64,000 nt of DNA from Candidatus Aminicenantes bacterium (lineage in GTDB: Bacteria > Acidobacteriota > Aminicenantia > Aminicenantales > JAFGBC01), in the NCBI GenBank assembly GCA_963702005.1, contig OY969696.1:192001-256000 (forward strand), written 5' to 3'. The notes under the pieces are model-generated. The model made no database searches. It saw only the letters and a list, made by a program, of their open reading frames with translations, and was not told where the DNA came from. Below are positions 28,040-37,908 of the stretch, piece by piece. The translations under genes were made by a program, and so were the position numbers. Position 1 is the stretch's first letter. Every line of letters starts with the position of its first letter.

Positions 28040-28119
28040 CCGACCTCGGATTCATCCTGATCGCGATCGCTTTCTTCGCGCTCTGCGGGCTCGGCCTCCA
28101 GGCCTGCGAAAGGCTTTAA
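28036..28119 (+). CDS. 27-aa kdp-associated membrane micropeptide
   Basis: MTDLGFILIAIAFFALCGLGLQACERL*; ATGA-coupled to the kinase stop; RBS-like aagggg. Confidence 0.65.
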   Translation: MTDLGFILIAIAFFALCGLGLQACERL

Positions 28120-28123
28120 TCCC

Positions 28124-28207
28124 ATGGCGTCTCTTCTCGGAATCCTGCTCGGACTTCTCTTAAGCGTTTATCTTTTCTGCACGATCGTTCGACCGGAGAA
28201 GTTTTAG
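28124..28207 (+). CDS. kdpF: K+-transporting ATPase subunit F
   Basis: MASLLGILLGLLLSVYLFCTIVRPEKF* with the characteristic YL....RPEKF end, directly before kdpA. Confidence 0.9.
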   Translation: MASLLGILLGLLLSVYLFCTIVRPEKF

Positions 28208-28221
28208 GACGGGAGCGATCC

Positions 28222-29922
28222 ATGGACCTCCACGGCTGGATTCAACTCGCGCTCTTTCTCGCGGCCCTCTTCTTCTTGGCCAAGCCGATCGGCCTCTATC
28301 TCGTCCGCGTCCTGGACCCCGGCGGAAAGACGGTCCTGGACCCGGTCCTGAAACCGCTCGAGCGATTCGTATTCCGTTTCGCCGGCCTGGACCCCCGGAC
28401 GGAGCAGGATTGGAAACGGTACGGCACGTCTCTCCTCGCCTTCAGCTTGGCCGGGTTCGCCTTCACTTACGCGATCCTCCGCTTCCAGCATCTCCTCCCG
28501 CTGAATCCCCAGAGCTGGGGTCCGGTGCCGCCCGGCCTCGCTTTCAACACGGCGGCAAGCTTCACGACCAACACGAATTGGCAAAACTACGCGGGCGAGA
28601 CGACCCTCTCCTATCTATCCCAAATGGTCGGGCTGACCTTCCAAAATTTCGTTTCGGCCGCGGCCGGTATCGCCGTCTCAGCCGCCCTGGTCAGGGGGAT
28701 CGCCCGGTCATCGGCCAAGACGATCGGGAACTTCTGGGTCGACCTTGTCCGCATCAATCTCTATCTGCTCCTGCCGATCTGCCTCCTCCTCTCCATCTTC
28801 CTGACCTCCCAGGGCGTTATCCAAAATGTCCGGCCCTACCCGACGACCGAATTCCAGACGATCCCCCAGGGCCCGGCGGCCTCCCAAGCGGCGATCAAAA
28901 TGCTGGGCACGAACGGGGGCGGTTTCTTCAACGCCAACGCCGCCCATCCTTACGAAAACCCGACGCCCCTTTCCAACTTCATCCAGATGTTGGCCATTTT
29001 CCTCATCCCGAGCGGCCTTACCTTCTATCTCGGCCGGTCCGTCCGCAACCGGCGGCACGGCTGGGCCGTCTGGGCGGCCATGGCCCTGATCTTTCTGGCG
29101 GCCGTCCTTGCTTGCTGGCGTGTCGAGAGCGCCGGCAATCCCCGTTGGCGGGCGCTGGGCCTGGACCCGGCCGGCGGCAATATGGAAGGGAAGGAGGTCC
29201 GATTCGGCGTTTTCGATTCCGCCCTGTTCGCCACGGTCACGACGAGCGCCTCCTGCGGGGCCGTCAACTCGATGCACGATTCTTTCACGCCCCTGGGCGG
29301 TCTCGTCCTCCTCTTCAACATCCAGCTCGGCGAGGTCGTCTTCGGAGGCGTCGGGTCGGGTCTGTACGGGATACTGATTTTCGTGGTCGTGGCCGTCTTC
29401 CTGACGGGGCTCATGATCGGACGGACACCGGAGTATTTGGGAAAAAAGATCACCTCTTATGAAGTCAAAGTCAGCGTCTTGGCCCTGCTCGTCCCGATCC
29501 TGGGCATTCTCGGGTTTGCGGCCTGGGCGGCGGTCAGAGGCTGGGGGATTTCCGGCTTAGGCAACCGGGGCCCTCACGGCTTGAGCGAGATCCTCTATGC
29601 CTATTCTTCCGCGCTGGGCAACAACGGCAGCGCCTTCGCCGGACTCACCGCCACGAATCCCGTGTTCTCGGCGACCATGGGGCTGGCCATGTTGGCGGGC
29701 CGTTTCTTGATGATCGTCCCCGTCCTGGCCCTGGCCGGAAGCCTGGCCGGCAAAAAGCGGGTCCTTCCGTCCGGCGCGAGCTTCCCGGTCGGGGGGATGA
29801 CCTTCACGCTGATTCTGGTGGGCACGATCATAATCGTCGGAGCCCTGACCTTCCTCCCGGCGCTCGCGCTCGGCCCGATCGTCGAGCACTTCCTGATGGT
29901 CGGGTCGCGAGCGCTGTTCTGA
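28222..29922 (+). CDS. kdpA: K+-transporting ATPase subunit A
   Basis: [36 protein letters not shown]. Confidence 0.97.
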   Translation: MDLHGWIQLALFLAALFFLAKPIGLYLVRVLDPGGKTVLDPVLKPLERFVFRFAGLDPRTEQDWKRYGTSLLAFSLAGFAFTYAILRFQHLLPLNPQSWGPVPPGLAFNTAASFTTNTNWQNYAGETTLSYLSQMVGLTFQNFVSAAAGIAVSAALVRGIARSSAKTIGNFWVDLVRINLYLLLPICLLLSIFLTSQGVIQNVRPYPTTEFQTIPQGPAASQAAIKMLGTNGGGFFNANAAHPYENPTPLSNFIQMLAIFLIPSGLTFYLGRSVRNRRHGWAVWAAMALIFLAAVLACWRVESAGNPRWRALGLDPAGGNMEGKEVRFGVFDSALFATVTTSASCGAVNSMHDSFTPLGGLVLLFNIQLGEVVFGGVGSGLYGILIFVVVAVFLTGLMIGRTPEYLGKKITSYEVKVSVLALLVPILGILGFAAWAAVRGWGISGLGNRGPHGLSEILYAYSSALGNNGSAFAGLTATNPVFSATMGLAMLAGRFLMIVPVLALAGSLAGKKRVLPSGASFPVGGMTFTLILVGTIIIVGALTFLPALALGPIVEHFLMVGSRALF

Positions 29923-29929
29923 AGGAGTC

Positions 29930-31957
29930 ATGACCTTGGCGACAAGACAGTTTTCGCTCTTCGACCGCCGGATCCTGGTCCGGGCCGTCCCCGAGGCGTT
30001 CCGGAAGCTCAACCCCCGCTCGCTTCTGAAGAACCCCGTGATCTTCGTGACCGAAATCGGAGCCGCCCTGACGACGCTCGGGCTTATCCTGGGCGCCGGT
30101 CCGGACCGCCCCGGCTTCGTCTTCCAGGTCACGGCCTGGCTGTGGTTCACGGTCCTCGGCGCGAATTTCGCCGAGGCTCTGGCCGAAGGACGGGGCAAGG
30201 CCCAGGCCAATGAGCTTCGCAAGACCCGCACGACCACGGCGGCCAACCGCCTCGACAGCGCAGGGCGGGTCGAACGGCTCCCGGCCGAACGCCTGCGGAA
30301 GGGGGACCTCATCCTGATCTCCGCGGGCGAGGTCATCCCCGCCGACGGCGAGATCCTGGAGGGGATCGCCACGGTCGACGAATCGGCCATCACGGGCGAA
30401 TCCGCCCCCGTCATCCGGGAAGCGGGCGGGGACCGGAGCGCGGTCACCGGAGGGACGCGGGTCCTGACCGATTGGATCAAGGTCCGGGTCACGGCCGACC
30501 CGGGCGAGAGCTTCCTGGACCGGATGATAGGGCTGGTCGAAGGGGCCCGGCGGCAGAAAACGCCGAACGAGATCGCGCTGACCATCCTCCTCTCGGCCTT
30601 GACCCTCATCTTCCTGGTCGTCATCATTTCATTAAACTTCTTCGGCCGCTACTCGGGCGTTCCCTTCTCGGTCACGGCCCTGGTCTCTCTCCTCGTCTGC
30701 CTGATCCCGACGACGATCGGAGGCCTCCTCAACGCCGTCGGAATCGCCGGCATCGACCGCATGGTCCGGACAAACGTCTTGGCCATGAGCGGCCGCGCCG
30801 TCGAAGCGGCCGGGGACGTGGACGTCCTTCTCCTCGATAAAACGGGAACAATCACCCTCGGGAACCGTCAGGCCGCCTCCTTCCAGCCGGCCCCCGGCGT
30901 CGGCGCCGAGGAGCTGGTCAACGCCGCCCAGTTGGCGTCCCTGGCGGACGAAACTCCGGAGGGAAGGAGCATCGTCGTCCTGGCTAAAAGCTACGGGTTG
31001 CGGGGGCGTTCGATCGCGGACATGCCGGACGCCCGGTTCATCGCTTTTTCGGCCCAGACGAGGATGAGCGGCGTCGACATCGAGAACCGCCGCATCCGCA
31101 AGGGCGCCCCGGACGCGATCGAGGCCTTCCTCGGGAACGGACTTCCTCCCGAAGTCCACGACACCGTCAGCCAGATCGCCTTCTCGGGCGGGACGCCGCT
31201 CCTGGTCGCCGAAGGAGCCCGAGTTCTGGGGACCATCCATCTCAAGGACATCGTCAAAGGAGGGCTCAAGGACCGTTTCGAGCGGTTCCGGGCCATGGGG
31301 ATCAAGACGGTCATGATAACGGGGGACAATCCGCTGACGGCCGCCGCGATCGCCCGGGAGGCCGGCGTGGACGATTTCATCGCCGAGGCCCGGCCCGAGG
31401 ACAAGTTGACCCTCATCCGCCGCGAGCAGGCCGCCGGACATCTGGTCGCCATGACCGGGGACGGCACCAACGACGCCCCGGCCCTGGCCCAGGCCGACGT
31501 CGGCGTCGCCATGAACACGGGAACCCAGGCCGCCAAGGAAGCGGGGAACATGGTCGACCTCGACTCCAACCCGACCAAGCTCATCGAGGTCGTCGAGATC
31601 GGCAAACAAATGCTCATCACGCGGGGAGCCTTGACGACGTTCAGCATCGCCAACGACGTCGCCAAATATTTCGCCATCATCCCGGCCTTGCTGGTCGGCG
31701 TCTTCCCGGCGATCGCCCCACTCAACATCATGGGACTCGCGTCCCCGGCGAGCGCCATCCTGAGCGCGGTCATCTTCAACGCCCTGATCATCCTGGCCCT
31801 CGTGCCCCTGGCCCTGCGCGGGGTGCGCTTCCGGCCCATGCCGGCCGCCGCCCTCCTGAGGCGGCATCTACTGATCTACGGCCTGGGGGGCGTCCTGGCC
31901 CCTTTCCCGGGGATCAAGCTCGTGGATCTCATTGTGAACGCGCTTCATCTTGTCTAA
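29930..31957 (+). CDS. kdpB: K+-transporting ATPase subunit B
   Basis: [34 protein letters not shown]. Confidence 0.98.
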   Translation: MTLATRQFSLFDRRILVRAVPEAFRKLNPRSLLKNPVIFVTEIGAALTTLGLILGAGPDRPGFVFQVTAWLWFTVLGANFAEALAEGRGKAQANELRKTRTTTAANRLDSAGRVERLPAERLRKGDLILISAGEVIPADGEILEGIATVDESAITGESAPVIREAGGDRSAVTGGTRVLTDWIKVRVTADPGESFLDRMIGLVEGARRQKTPNEIALTILLSALTLIFLVVIISLNFFGRYSGVPFSVTALVSLLVCLIPTTIGGLLNAVGIAGIDRMVRTNVLAMSGRAVEAAGDVDVLLLDKTGTITLGNRQAASFQPAPGVGAEELVNAAQLASLADETPEGRSIVVLAKSYGLRGRSIADMPDARFIAFSAQTRMSGVDIENRRIRKGAPDAIEAFLGNGLPPEVHDTVSQIAFSGGTPLLVAEGARVLGTIHLKDIVKGGLKDRFERFRAMGIKTVMITGDNPLTAAAIAREAGVDDFIAEARPEDKLTLIRREQAAGHLVAMTGDGTNDAPALAQADVGVAMNTGTQAAKEAGNMVDLDSNPTKLIEVVEIGKQMLITRGALTTFSIANDVAKYFAIIPALLVGVFPAIAPLNIMGLASPASAILSAVIFNALIILALVPLALRGVRFRPMPAAALLRRHLLIYGLGGVLAPFPGIKLVDLIVNALHLV

Positions 31958-31978
31958 GATGGGAAAGGACGGACGAAC

Positions 31979-32581
31979 ATGAAGGCGATCCTCCGGGAAT
32001 TCGGGACGGCCCTGAGAGCGACCGTCATCCTGGCGGCCGTCGTCTGTGGTCTCTACCCAGCCCTGGTGACGGCGGTCGCCCAAGCCGTTTTCCCGGCCAA
32101 GGCGAACGGGTCGCTCGTGGTCCGGGACGGACGGGTCGAGGGTTCGACTCTCCTCGGCCGGTCTTTTTCGGGAGCACGCTATTTCCACCCCCGGCCCTCG
32201 GCCGCCGGCACAGGCTATGATGCCATTCGGTCCGGGGGCAGCAATCTCGGCCCGACATCCAGGACGCTCATCGAGACGATCGGCCGACGAGCGCTCGCCT
32301 ATCGCACGGAGAACGGGCTTCCTCCCGATGTCCCTGTGCCCGTCGACGCCGTAACGGCTTCGGGGAGCGGCCTCGACCCGCATATCAGCCTCGCCAACGC
32401 CCTCCTCCAGGCGCCCCGGGTCGCGCGGGCCCGGGGCCTGAGCGCGGCGGCCGTGCAAGCCCGGATCGAAGCCCTCGCGGAAGGCCGCTGGCTGGGTTTC
32501 CTGGGAGAGCCGCGGGTCAACGTCTTAGTCCTGAACTTGGCTCTCGACGACGGCGATAGGGGGGATCATGCCGGGCGATAG
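31979..32581 (+). CDS. kdpC: K+-transporting ATPase subunit C
   Basis: FPAKANGS, YFHPRPSA, SGGSNLGP, VTASGSGLDPHIS, GEPRVNVL.LNLALD. Confidence 0.97.
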   Translation: MKAILREFGTALRATVILAAVVCGLYPALVTAVAQAVFPAKANGSLVVRDGRVEGSTLLGRSFSGARYFHPRPSAAGTGYDAIRSGGSNLGPTSRTLIETIGRRALAYRTENGLPPDVPVPVDAVTASGSGLDPHISLANALLQAPRVARARGLSAAAVQARIEALAEGRWLGFLGEPRVNVLVLNLALDDGDRGDHAGR

Positions 32582-34259
32582 GGCGAACTCGTTCTTGAGG
32601 ATGATCCGCTGGGCCCAGCGGGGAAAGCTCAAGGTCTATCTCGGCTACTGCGCCGGGGTCGGCAAGACTTACCAGATGCTCCTCGAGGGGCATCGTCTCA
32701 AGGACCAGGGGATCGATGTCGTCATCGGCCTTCTCGAAACGCACGGCCGGGCCGAGATCGTCAAGCTCGCCGAGGGCCTCGAAGTCGTCCCCCGCCGCCG
32801 TCAGGACTATCGCGGCATCGCCCTGGAGGAGATGGACGTCGACGCCGTCCTGTCCCGTCGGCCTCAAGTGGCCCTGGTCGACGAGCTGGCCCACACCAAC
32901 GCGCCCAACAGCCGGAACGCGAAACGCTACGAGGACGTCCAAGACCTCCTGGCGGCGGGCATCCATGTCATCACGACCATGAACGTCCAGCACCTGGAAA
33001 GTTTGTACGGGACGGTCGAAATGGCCGTCGGGGTCAAGGTCCGCGAGCGTTTGCCCGATTCCGTCCTGGCCGACGCGGACGAGATCGTGGACGTCGACCT
33101 GACGACCGAAGACCTCAGGAAACGCCTGGAAGAAGGCCGGATCTATCCCAAAGAGCGGATCGGGACGGCCCTGGCCAACTTCTTCACGGCCTCGAATCTG
33201 GAGCGGCTCCGCGAACTGACCCTGCGCGAGCTGGCCTCCCAGATCGACCTCCGCAGACGCCAAGTCTCGGAGGAGGAGGCCGTCCGGGCCCCGGACCAGG
33301 TCATGGTCTGCCTGAGCTCGCACGGCCCCAACAGCAAGAAACTCCTCCGCTACGCATCGCGCCTGGCCGGGAAGCTCAATCGGAACTGGTATGCCGTCTA
33401 CGTTCAAACCCGGTCCGAGGGCGCCACCGCCATCGACGCCCGAACCCAGCGGATTCTCTCCGAGACCCTGACCCTGGCCAAGCAGCTGGGGGCCATGGTC
33501 TTCACCTACAAGGGAGACGACATCGTCGAGACCATTCTGAGCTTCGCCAGGGAATATCGGGTCGGGCACGTCGTCCTGGGGAGTCCCAAGCCGATGCCGC
33601 TCTGGAGACGGCTTGGCAGGAAGCGCAACATCGTCGAGGCGCTCATCGGGAAGGCGCAGGGGATCACGGTCATCGTTCTCGACACCAGGACGGAAGAACC
33701 CGTTCAGGCCAAGCCCTCCCTGGAGATCCCCGAAGGGCTGCCGCGCGCGAAAGTGCCGTTTCAGGCCGAAGCCGGGACCGGCCCTGCGTTGACCTTGACC
33801 GGAACCCTTGCGCCGGAGCGCATCCTCATCTGGGATGCGCCCGTTTCCAAGGAGGCCGTCCTCCGAACGCTGGCGGCGTCTTTGGGGGCCGAGGGCGGAC
33901 TTGAGGGGCCGGCGGAATTATATGAGGCCGTTATGAAACGGGAGGACCAGGGCTCGACCTTTCTGAACGAGGGTGTCGCCTTCCCTCATGTCCGAGTTCC
34001 CGGATTGGCTTCCCCTCTTATCGCCTTGGGGCTGACCAAGCGCGGCGTCTCCGACGTCTCGACGGAGAAACCGATCGAGATCGTGTTCCTGATCATCTCT
34101 CCCGAACAAACTCCCGATATCCAGGTCAAGCTGCTGGGCCTGGCCAGCCGGGCGGCCCAAAACAGGCATCTCCTCCAGGACCTCCGGGCAGCCCGGTCTC
34201 CGGAGGACGCGCTCGGGGTCATCGGAGCCTGGGAAGCGCCCGCAAGTCCCGAAAATTGA
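32568..34259 (+). CDS. kdpD: Soluble KdpD-domain + Usp + PTS EIIA (Fru/Ntr-type) fusion, without TM or histidine-kinase domains
   Basis: RGKLKVYLGYCAGVGKT, ETHGR, LVDELAHTN, NVQHLES, LRELTLR; Usp VMVCLSS...HVVLG; C-terminal REDQGSTFLNEGVAFPHVR...IVFLIISP...VKLLGLASR. Confidence 0.88.
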   Translation: MPGDRANSFLRMIRWAQRGKLKVYLGYCAGVGKTYQMLLEGHRLKDQGIDVVIGLLETHGRAEIVKLAEGLEVVPRRRQDYRGIALEEMDVDAVLSRRPQVALVDELAHTNAPNSRNAKRYEDVQDLLAAGIHVITTMNVQHLESLYGTVEMAVGVKVRERLPDSVLADADEIVDVDLTTEDLRKRLEEGRIYPKERIGTALANFFTASNLERLRELTLRELASQIDLRRRQVSEEEAVRAPDQVMVCLSSHGPNSKKLLRYASRLAGKLNRNWYAVYVQTRSEGATAIDARTQRILSETLTLAKQLGAMVFTYKGDDIVETILSFAREYRVGHVVLGSPKPMPLWRRLGRKRNIVEALIGKAQGITVIVLDTRTEEPVQAKPSLEIPEGLPRAKVPFQAEAGTGPALTLTGTLAPERILIWDAPVSKEAVLRTLAASLGAEGGLEGPAELYEAVMKREDQGSTFLNEGVAFPHVRVPGLASPLIALGLTKRGVSDVSTEKPIEIVFLIISPEQTPDIQVKLLGLASRAAQNRHLLQDLRAARSPEDALGVIGAWEAPASPEN

Positions 34260-34313
34260 CCCCCCTTCATTCATTATGCTATGGTTCTTCCCGGAAACTC
34301 CGGGAAGGAGAAG

Positions 34314-35690
34314 ATGATGATGCCGACCCCTAAAGTGACCTCCCTTCTCTTGGCGACGATCTGCCCCGTTCTGGTCTTGGCCTGCCTCAGGGGGTTATCG
34401 ACGAACGACCGCACCAGCCAGACCGCAGAAACGGTCAAGAAGGAATTTCGTCACGCCTGGAGCGCATACAAATCTTATGCCTGGGGACACGATGAGCTGA
34501 AACCCTTGAGCAAGGGCGCGCGTGATTGGTACGGGACTTCATTGCTCATGACTCCCGTCGACGCCCTGGACACCATGATCCTGATGGGACTCAAGGCGGA
34601 AGCCGACGAGGCGAAGGCCTTGATCTTCGAACGCTTGTCTTTCGACGTCGACATCGAAATTCAAAGCTTCGAGGTCACGATCCGGCTGTTGGGAGGCCTC
34701 CTAACGGCCTATGAGTGGGATAGAGATGTCCGTTTCCTGAGACTGGCCGAAGACCTCGGCCGCCGGCTCCTTCCCATTTACGATTCTCCGACCGGGATGC
34801 CTTACCGCTACGTCAACCTCCGGACCGGCCGAACCCGGGATGCCGTCAACAACCCGGCCGAGATCGGAACGGCCCTTATCGAATTCGGGACCTTGAGCCG
34901 CTTGACGGGAAAGCCGGTGTTCTACGAGAAGAGCAAGAGAGCCCTGGTCGAGTTGTCCAAGCGCAGGTCCGCCCTCGGCCTGGTCGGCACCACGATCAAC
35001 GTCGAGACCGGCGCCTGGATCGATAAGACCAGCCATATCGACGGGATGATCGATTCCTATTATGAGTACCTGCTCAAGGCCTGGCTCCTGTTCGGGGACG
35101 AGGACTGCCGGCGCTTGTGGGACAGCGGCCTCAGGGCCGTTCAATCTTATCTGGCCGACGATTCGGCCCGAGGCCTTTGGTATGGCCAGGTCGACATGGA
35201 GACCGGACGGCGTCTCTCGACTCAATTCGGCGCCCTGACCGCCTTCTTCCCGGCCGTCCTGGCCTTGAGCGGCGACCTGGACGGAGCCTCAAGGCTCCAA
35301 GATTCCTGCATGAGAATGTGGAACTTGCATGGGATCGAGCCCGAGCTCATCGATTACTCGACCCTGGAGGTCCTTGAAAAACCTTATGTCCTCCGGCCGG
35401 AAATCATCGAATCGGCCTATTACCTTTTTCACTATACGAAGGACCCCCGCTATCTCCGGATGGGCGAGGCGTTCTTCGATGGCCTGGTCAAATACTGCCG
35501 GACGGACGCGGGCTACGCGTCGCTCAAGGATGTCGTGACCAAGGAGAAAAGCGACAGCATGCCGAGCTTTTTCCTGGCCGAAACTTTGAAGTATCTCTAT
35601 CTGCTGTTCGCCCCGGACGAGACTCTCCCCTTCGACGAAGTCTTATTCAACACCGAAGCCCACCCGGTCAAGAGGACATGGCCTCAATAA
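34314..35690 (+). CDS. Glycoside hydrolase family 47 alpha-1,2-mannosidase
   Basis: HAWSAYKSYAWGHDELKP, FEVTIRLLGGLL, DSYYEYLLK, LRPEIIES, SFFLAETLKYLYLLF, FNTEAHP. Start 34314 or 34317 after aaggag. Confidence 0.95.
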   Translation: MMMPTPKVTSLLLATICPVLVLACLRGLSTNDRTSQTAETVKKEFRHAWSAYKSYAWGHDELKPLSKGARDWYGTSLLMTPVDALDTMILMGLKAEADEAKALIFERLSFDVDIEIQSFEVTIRLLGGLLTAYEWDRDVRFLRLAEDLGRRLLPIYDSPTGMPYRYVNLRTGRTRDAVNNPAEIGTALIEFGTLSRLTGKPVFYEKSKRALVELSKRRSALGLVGTTINVETGAWIDKTSHIDGMIDSYYEYLLKAWLLFGDEDCRRLWDSGLRAVQSYLADDSARGLWYGQVDMETGRRLSTQFGALTAFFPAVLALSGDLDGASRLQDSCMRMWNLHGIEPELIDYSTLEVLEKPYVLRPEIIESAYYLFHYTKDPRYLRMGEAFFDGLVKYCRTDAGYASLKDVVTKEKSDSMPSFFLAETLKYLYLLFAPDETLPFDEVLFNTEAHPVKRTWPQ

Positions 35691-35795
35691 TCCAACGCGG
35701 TCGGCCCGGATTCGATCGAACCCTATCTTCATGAGAACGCGAAACTGGACATCGGCCTGATCGCGGATTCCGGCATCTTTAAGTCCGCCGGGCCG

Positions 35796-36077
35796 TTAGG
35801 CCAGACCCATCTTTTTGAGGGCCTGCTCGCCCCTGTTGGCCGCGGCCGGCGCTTCGCCCGGAAGATAGAGCATGACGCCGTGCCGAACGGGCCGGAGCAA
35901 GATTTTCCCCTCGGCCGCGAACGCGGTTGTGACCTGGATTGGGTCCTCCCCATCGTAATAGACCCTGAACGCTTCGTTGAATCCGCTGTAGACGGAATGA
36001 ATGCCCTTGAACGTCCCCGTCCTCAGCTTCTCGATGGCCAGCTTGATGAATTCTTGATGGGACAATTTTTTCGCCAT
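35796..36077 (-). CDS. Small conserved hypothetical protein (93 aa)
   Basis: RBS gaggag; host-like codon usage; KGIHSVYSGFNEAFR motif; function unknown. Confidence 0.75.
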   Translation of the reverse strand: MAKKLSHQEFIKLAIEKLRTGTFKGIHSVYSGFNEAFRVYYDGEDPIQVTTAFAAEGKILLRPVRHGVMLYLPGEAPAAANRGEQALKKMGLA

Positions 36078-36178
36078 CTCGTCCGTTCCCTCCTCGGATC
36101 GTGTCTCCTCCCTTGAAAGAGGACGGACTTCGGCTTCGGCCTTCTCACTTCGTTCGGAACTTTGTTAAGCCGGAAACC

Positions 36179-37576
36179 CTAGCCCTGACCGTCCCAACAG
36201 TAGGTGCAGAGCTTATCCTTGGAGAGCCCGATGGCCTCGACCAGGTCGTCCAGCAGCTGATACTTGAGGGTCGTCAGGTTGAGGCGGGCGCGGATCCGCT
36301 CCTCCATCTCGCGGCACTTGTCGGTATCGTGGCTCGTATAGTCCGAGAGGTCCTTGGCCTTGGCGCCCTCGATCTCCCGGATGGCCCGGCGCGCGGCCAG
36401 GTCCAGCTCGGAGCGGGAGATCGAAAAATTCAGGAACTTACAGCCATAGACGAGGGGAGGACAAGCCGGCCGCATGTGGACTTCGAGGGCCCCGGCATTA
36501 TAGAGTCTCTTGATCGTGTCTCGAAGTTGGGTCCCCCGGACGATGGAGTCCTCGCAGAACAGAAACTTCTTCCCATCGATCAGCTCCCGGATCGGGATGA
36601 GCTTCATCCGGGCCACCAGGTCGCGGACATCCTGGTTCTGGGGCATGAAGCTCCGGGCCCAGGTCGGGGTGTACTTGACGAAGGGCCGCTTGAAAGGAAG
36701 CTTGGCCTCGGCCGCGAAGCCCAGGCCGTGGCCGACGCCGGAGTCGGGGATGCCGGCCACGAAATCGACGGCGGCCGGGGCGCGCCGGGCCAGGGCCGCC
36801 CCGCATCGGTAGCGCGCCGACTCGACATTGATCCCCTCGTAGCTCGAAGCGGGATAGCCGTAGTAGACCCAGAGGAAGGCGCAGATTCGCAGCGTCGCCT
36901 CGGGCGCCTTCCTTGTCTCGACGCCCTCGGGCGTTACAAAAACGATCTCGCCCGGCCCCAGATACCGATCGACGGCGAAGTCGAGGTTGGGGAAGGCGCA
37001 GGTCTCCATGGTCACGGCCCAGCTTCCCTCCTTGCGGCCGACGACGACCGGCGTCCGCCCGTACTTGTCCCGGGCCGCGTAGATCCCCCTCTCGGTCAGG
37101 ACGAGGAGTGAGCAGGACCCCTCGACCGCGTCCTGGAGGCTGCGGATCCCGGCCTCGAAGCTCCCTTCCTGGTTGATGAACAGGGCGGCCAGTTCGGTCG
37201 GGTTGAGGCCGCCGCTGAGCTCCGTGAAATGAAGCCGACGCCGGACGACGAGGTCGCGGGCCAGGGGCTCGGCATTCTTGATGACGCCGACGGTGGCGAT
37301 GGCATAGCTGCCCAGGTGGGAGCGGACGAGGACGGGTTGGTCGTCGGTGTCGCTGATGACGCCGATCCCGGCCCAGGAATGCATGTCGGCCAGGTCCGCA
37401 TCGAACTTGGAGCGGAATTGGGCGTTCTCGATGTTGTGGATGACCCGGAAGAAGTCGTCCTTGCGGACGACGGCCAAGCCGCCCCGCTTGGTCCCCAGGT
37501 GGGAATGGTAGTCGGTCCCGTAGAACAGGTCCGTGCTGCAGTCCTGCCAGGATGTGACTCCGAAAAAGCCGCCCAT
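36179..37576 (-). CDS. purF: Amidophosphoribosyltransferase-like protein (variant lacking N-terminal Cys)
   Basis: RDKYGRTP, CAFLWVYYGYP, GIPDSG, PRPP loop EDSIVRGTQ, ACPP, LCTYCWDG; N-terminus MGGFFG. Confidence 0.88.
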   Translation of the reverse strand: MGGFFGVTSWQDCSTDLFYGTDYHSHLGTKRGGLAVVRKDDFFRVIHNIENAQFRSKFDADLADMHSWAGIGVISDTDDQPVLVRSHLGSYAIATVGVIKNAEPLARDLVVRRRLHFTELSGGLNPTELAALFINQEGSFEAGIRSLQDAVEGSCSLLVLTERGIYAARDKYGRTPVVVGRKEGSWAVTMETCAFPNLDFAVDRYLGPGEIVFVTPEGVETRKAPEATLRICAFLWVYYGYPASSYEGINVESARYRCGAALARRAPAAVDFVAGIPDSGVGHGLGFAAEAKLPFKRPFVKYTPTWARSFMPQNQDVRDLVARMKLIPIRELIDGKKFLFCEDSIVRGTQLRDTIKRLYNAGALEVHMRPACPPLVYGCKFLNFSISRSELDLAARRAIREIEGAKAKDLSDYTSHDTDKCREMEERIRARLNLTTLKYQLLDDLVEAIGLSKDKLCTYCWDGQG

Positions 37577-37633
37577 CGACGTCCTCCTCCTGGAATCGGG
37601 GTCAGAGCATTTTCATATGGAAAAGCCGGACCT

Positions 37634-37744
37634 GTCAATCCCTCAACTCCCCTGCCTTAAGGCGAGGGCTTGTATAGGGATGACCCTGAGCCGTTTTTCA
37701 ATACCCGCTTAAAGGCTAAGGCTTAGCGTCGGCGAACGGGTCAA
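37634..37744. repeat. Double-hairpin dispersed element, copy B (degenerate)
   Basis: gtcaa..tcaactcccctgccttaaggcgagggcttg..gaccctgagcc..cccgcttaaaggctaaggctta-gcgtcggcgaacgggtcaa; last 19 nt identical to copy A. Confidence 0.78.
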
Positions 37745-37908
37745 CGTCTGCCGGGACGACATGGGAGTTCGAATTCGCCGGGGAGGCTCCGGGCACCCCC
37801 GGCCGCCGGAAATATCACCCCCCGATTCACCGGAAGGGGGCATTCCGCCCCCCCGAGCCGCCCTTCCATAATGGAGAAAGGGGATATTCTAGCGTATAGG
37901 GCGAACTC

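Noticed and set aside
34314-35690. GH47 as a eukaryotic gene transfer or part of the kdp system
   Set aside because: Bacterial GH47 enzymes are known, codon usage is host-like, and no functional link to kdp is evident.
37760-37790. GGGAGTTCGAATTCGCC as a third tRNA fragment
   Set aside because: The T-stem does not pair and there is no acceptor strand or CCA-like end.
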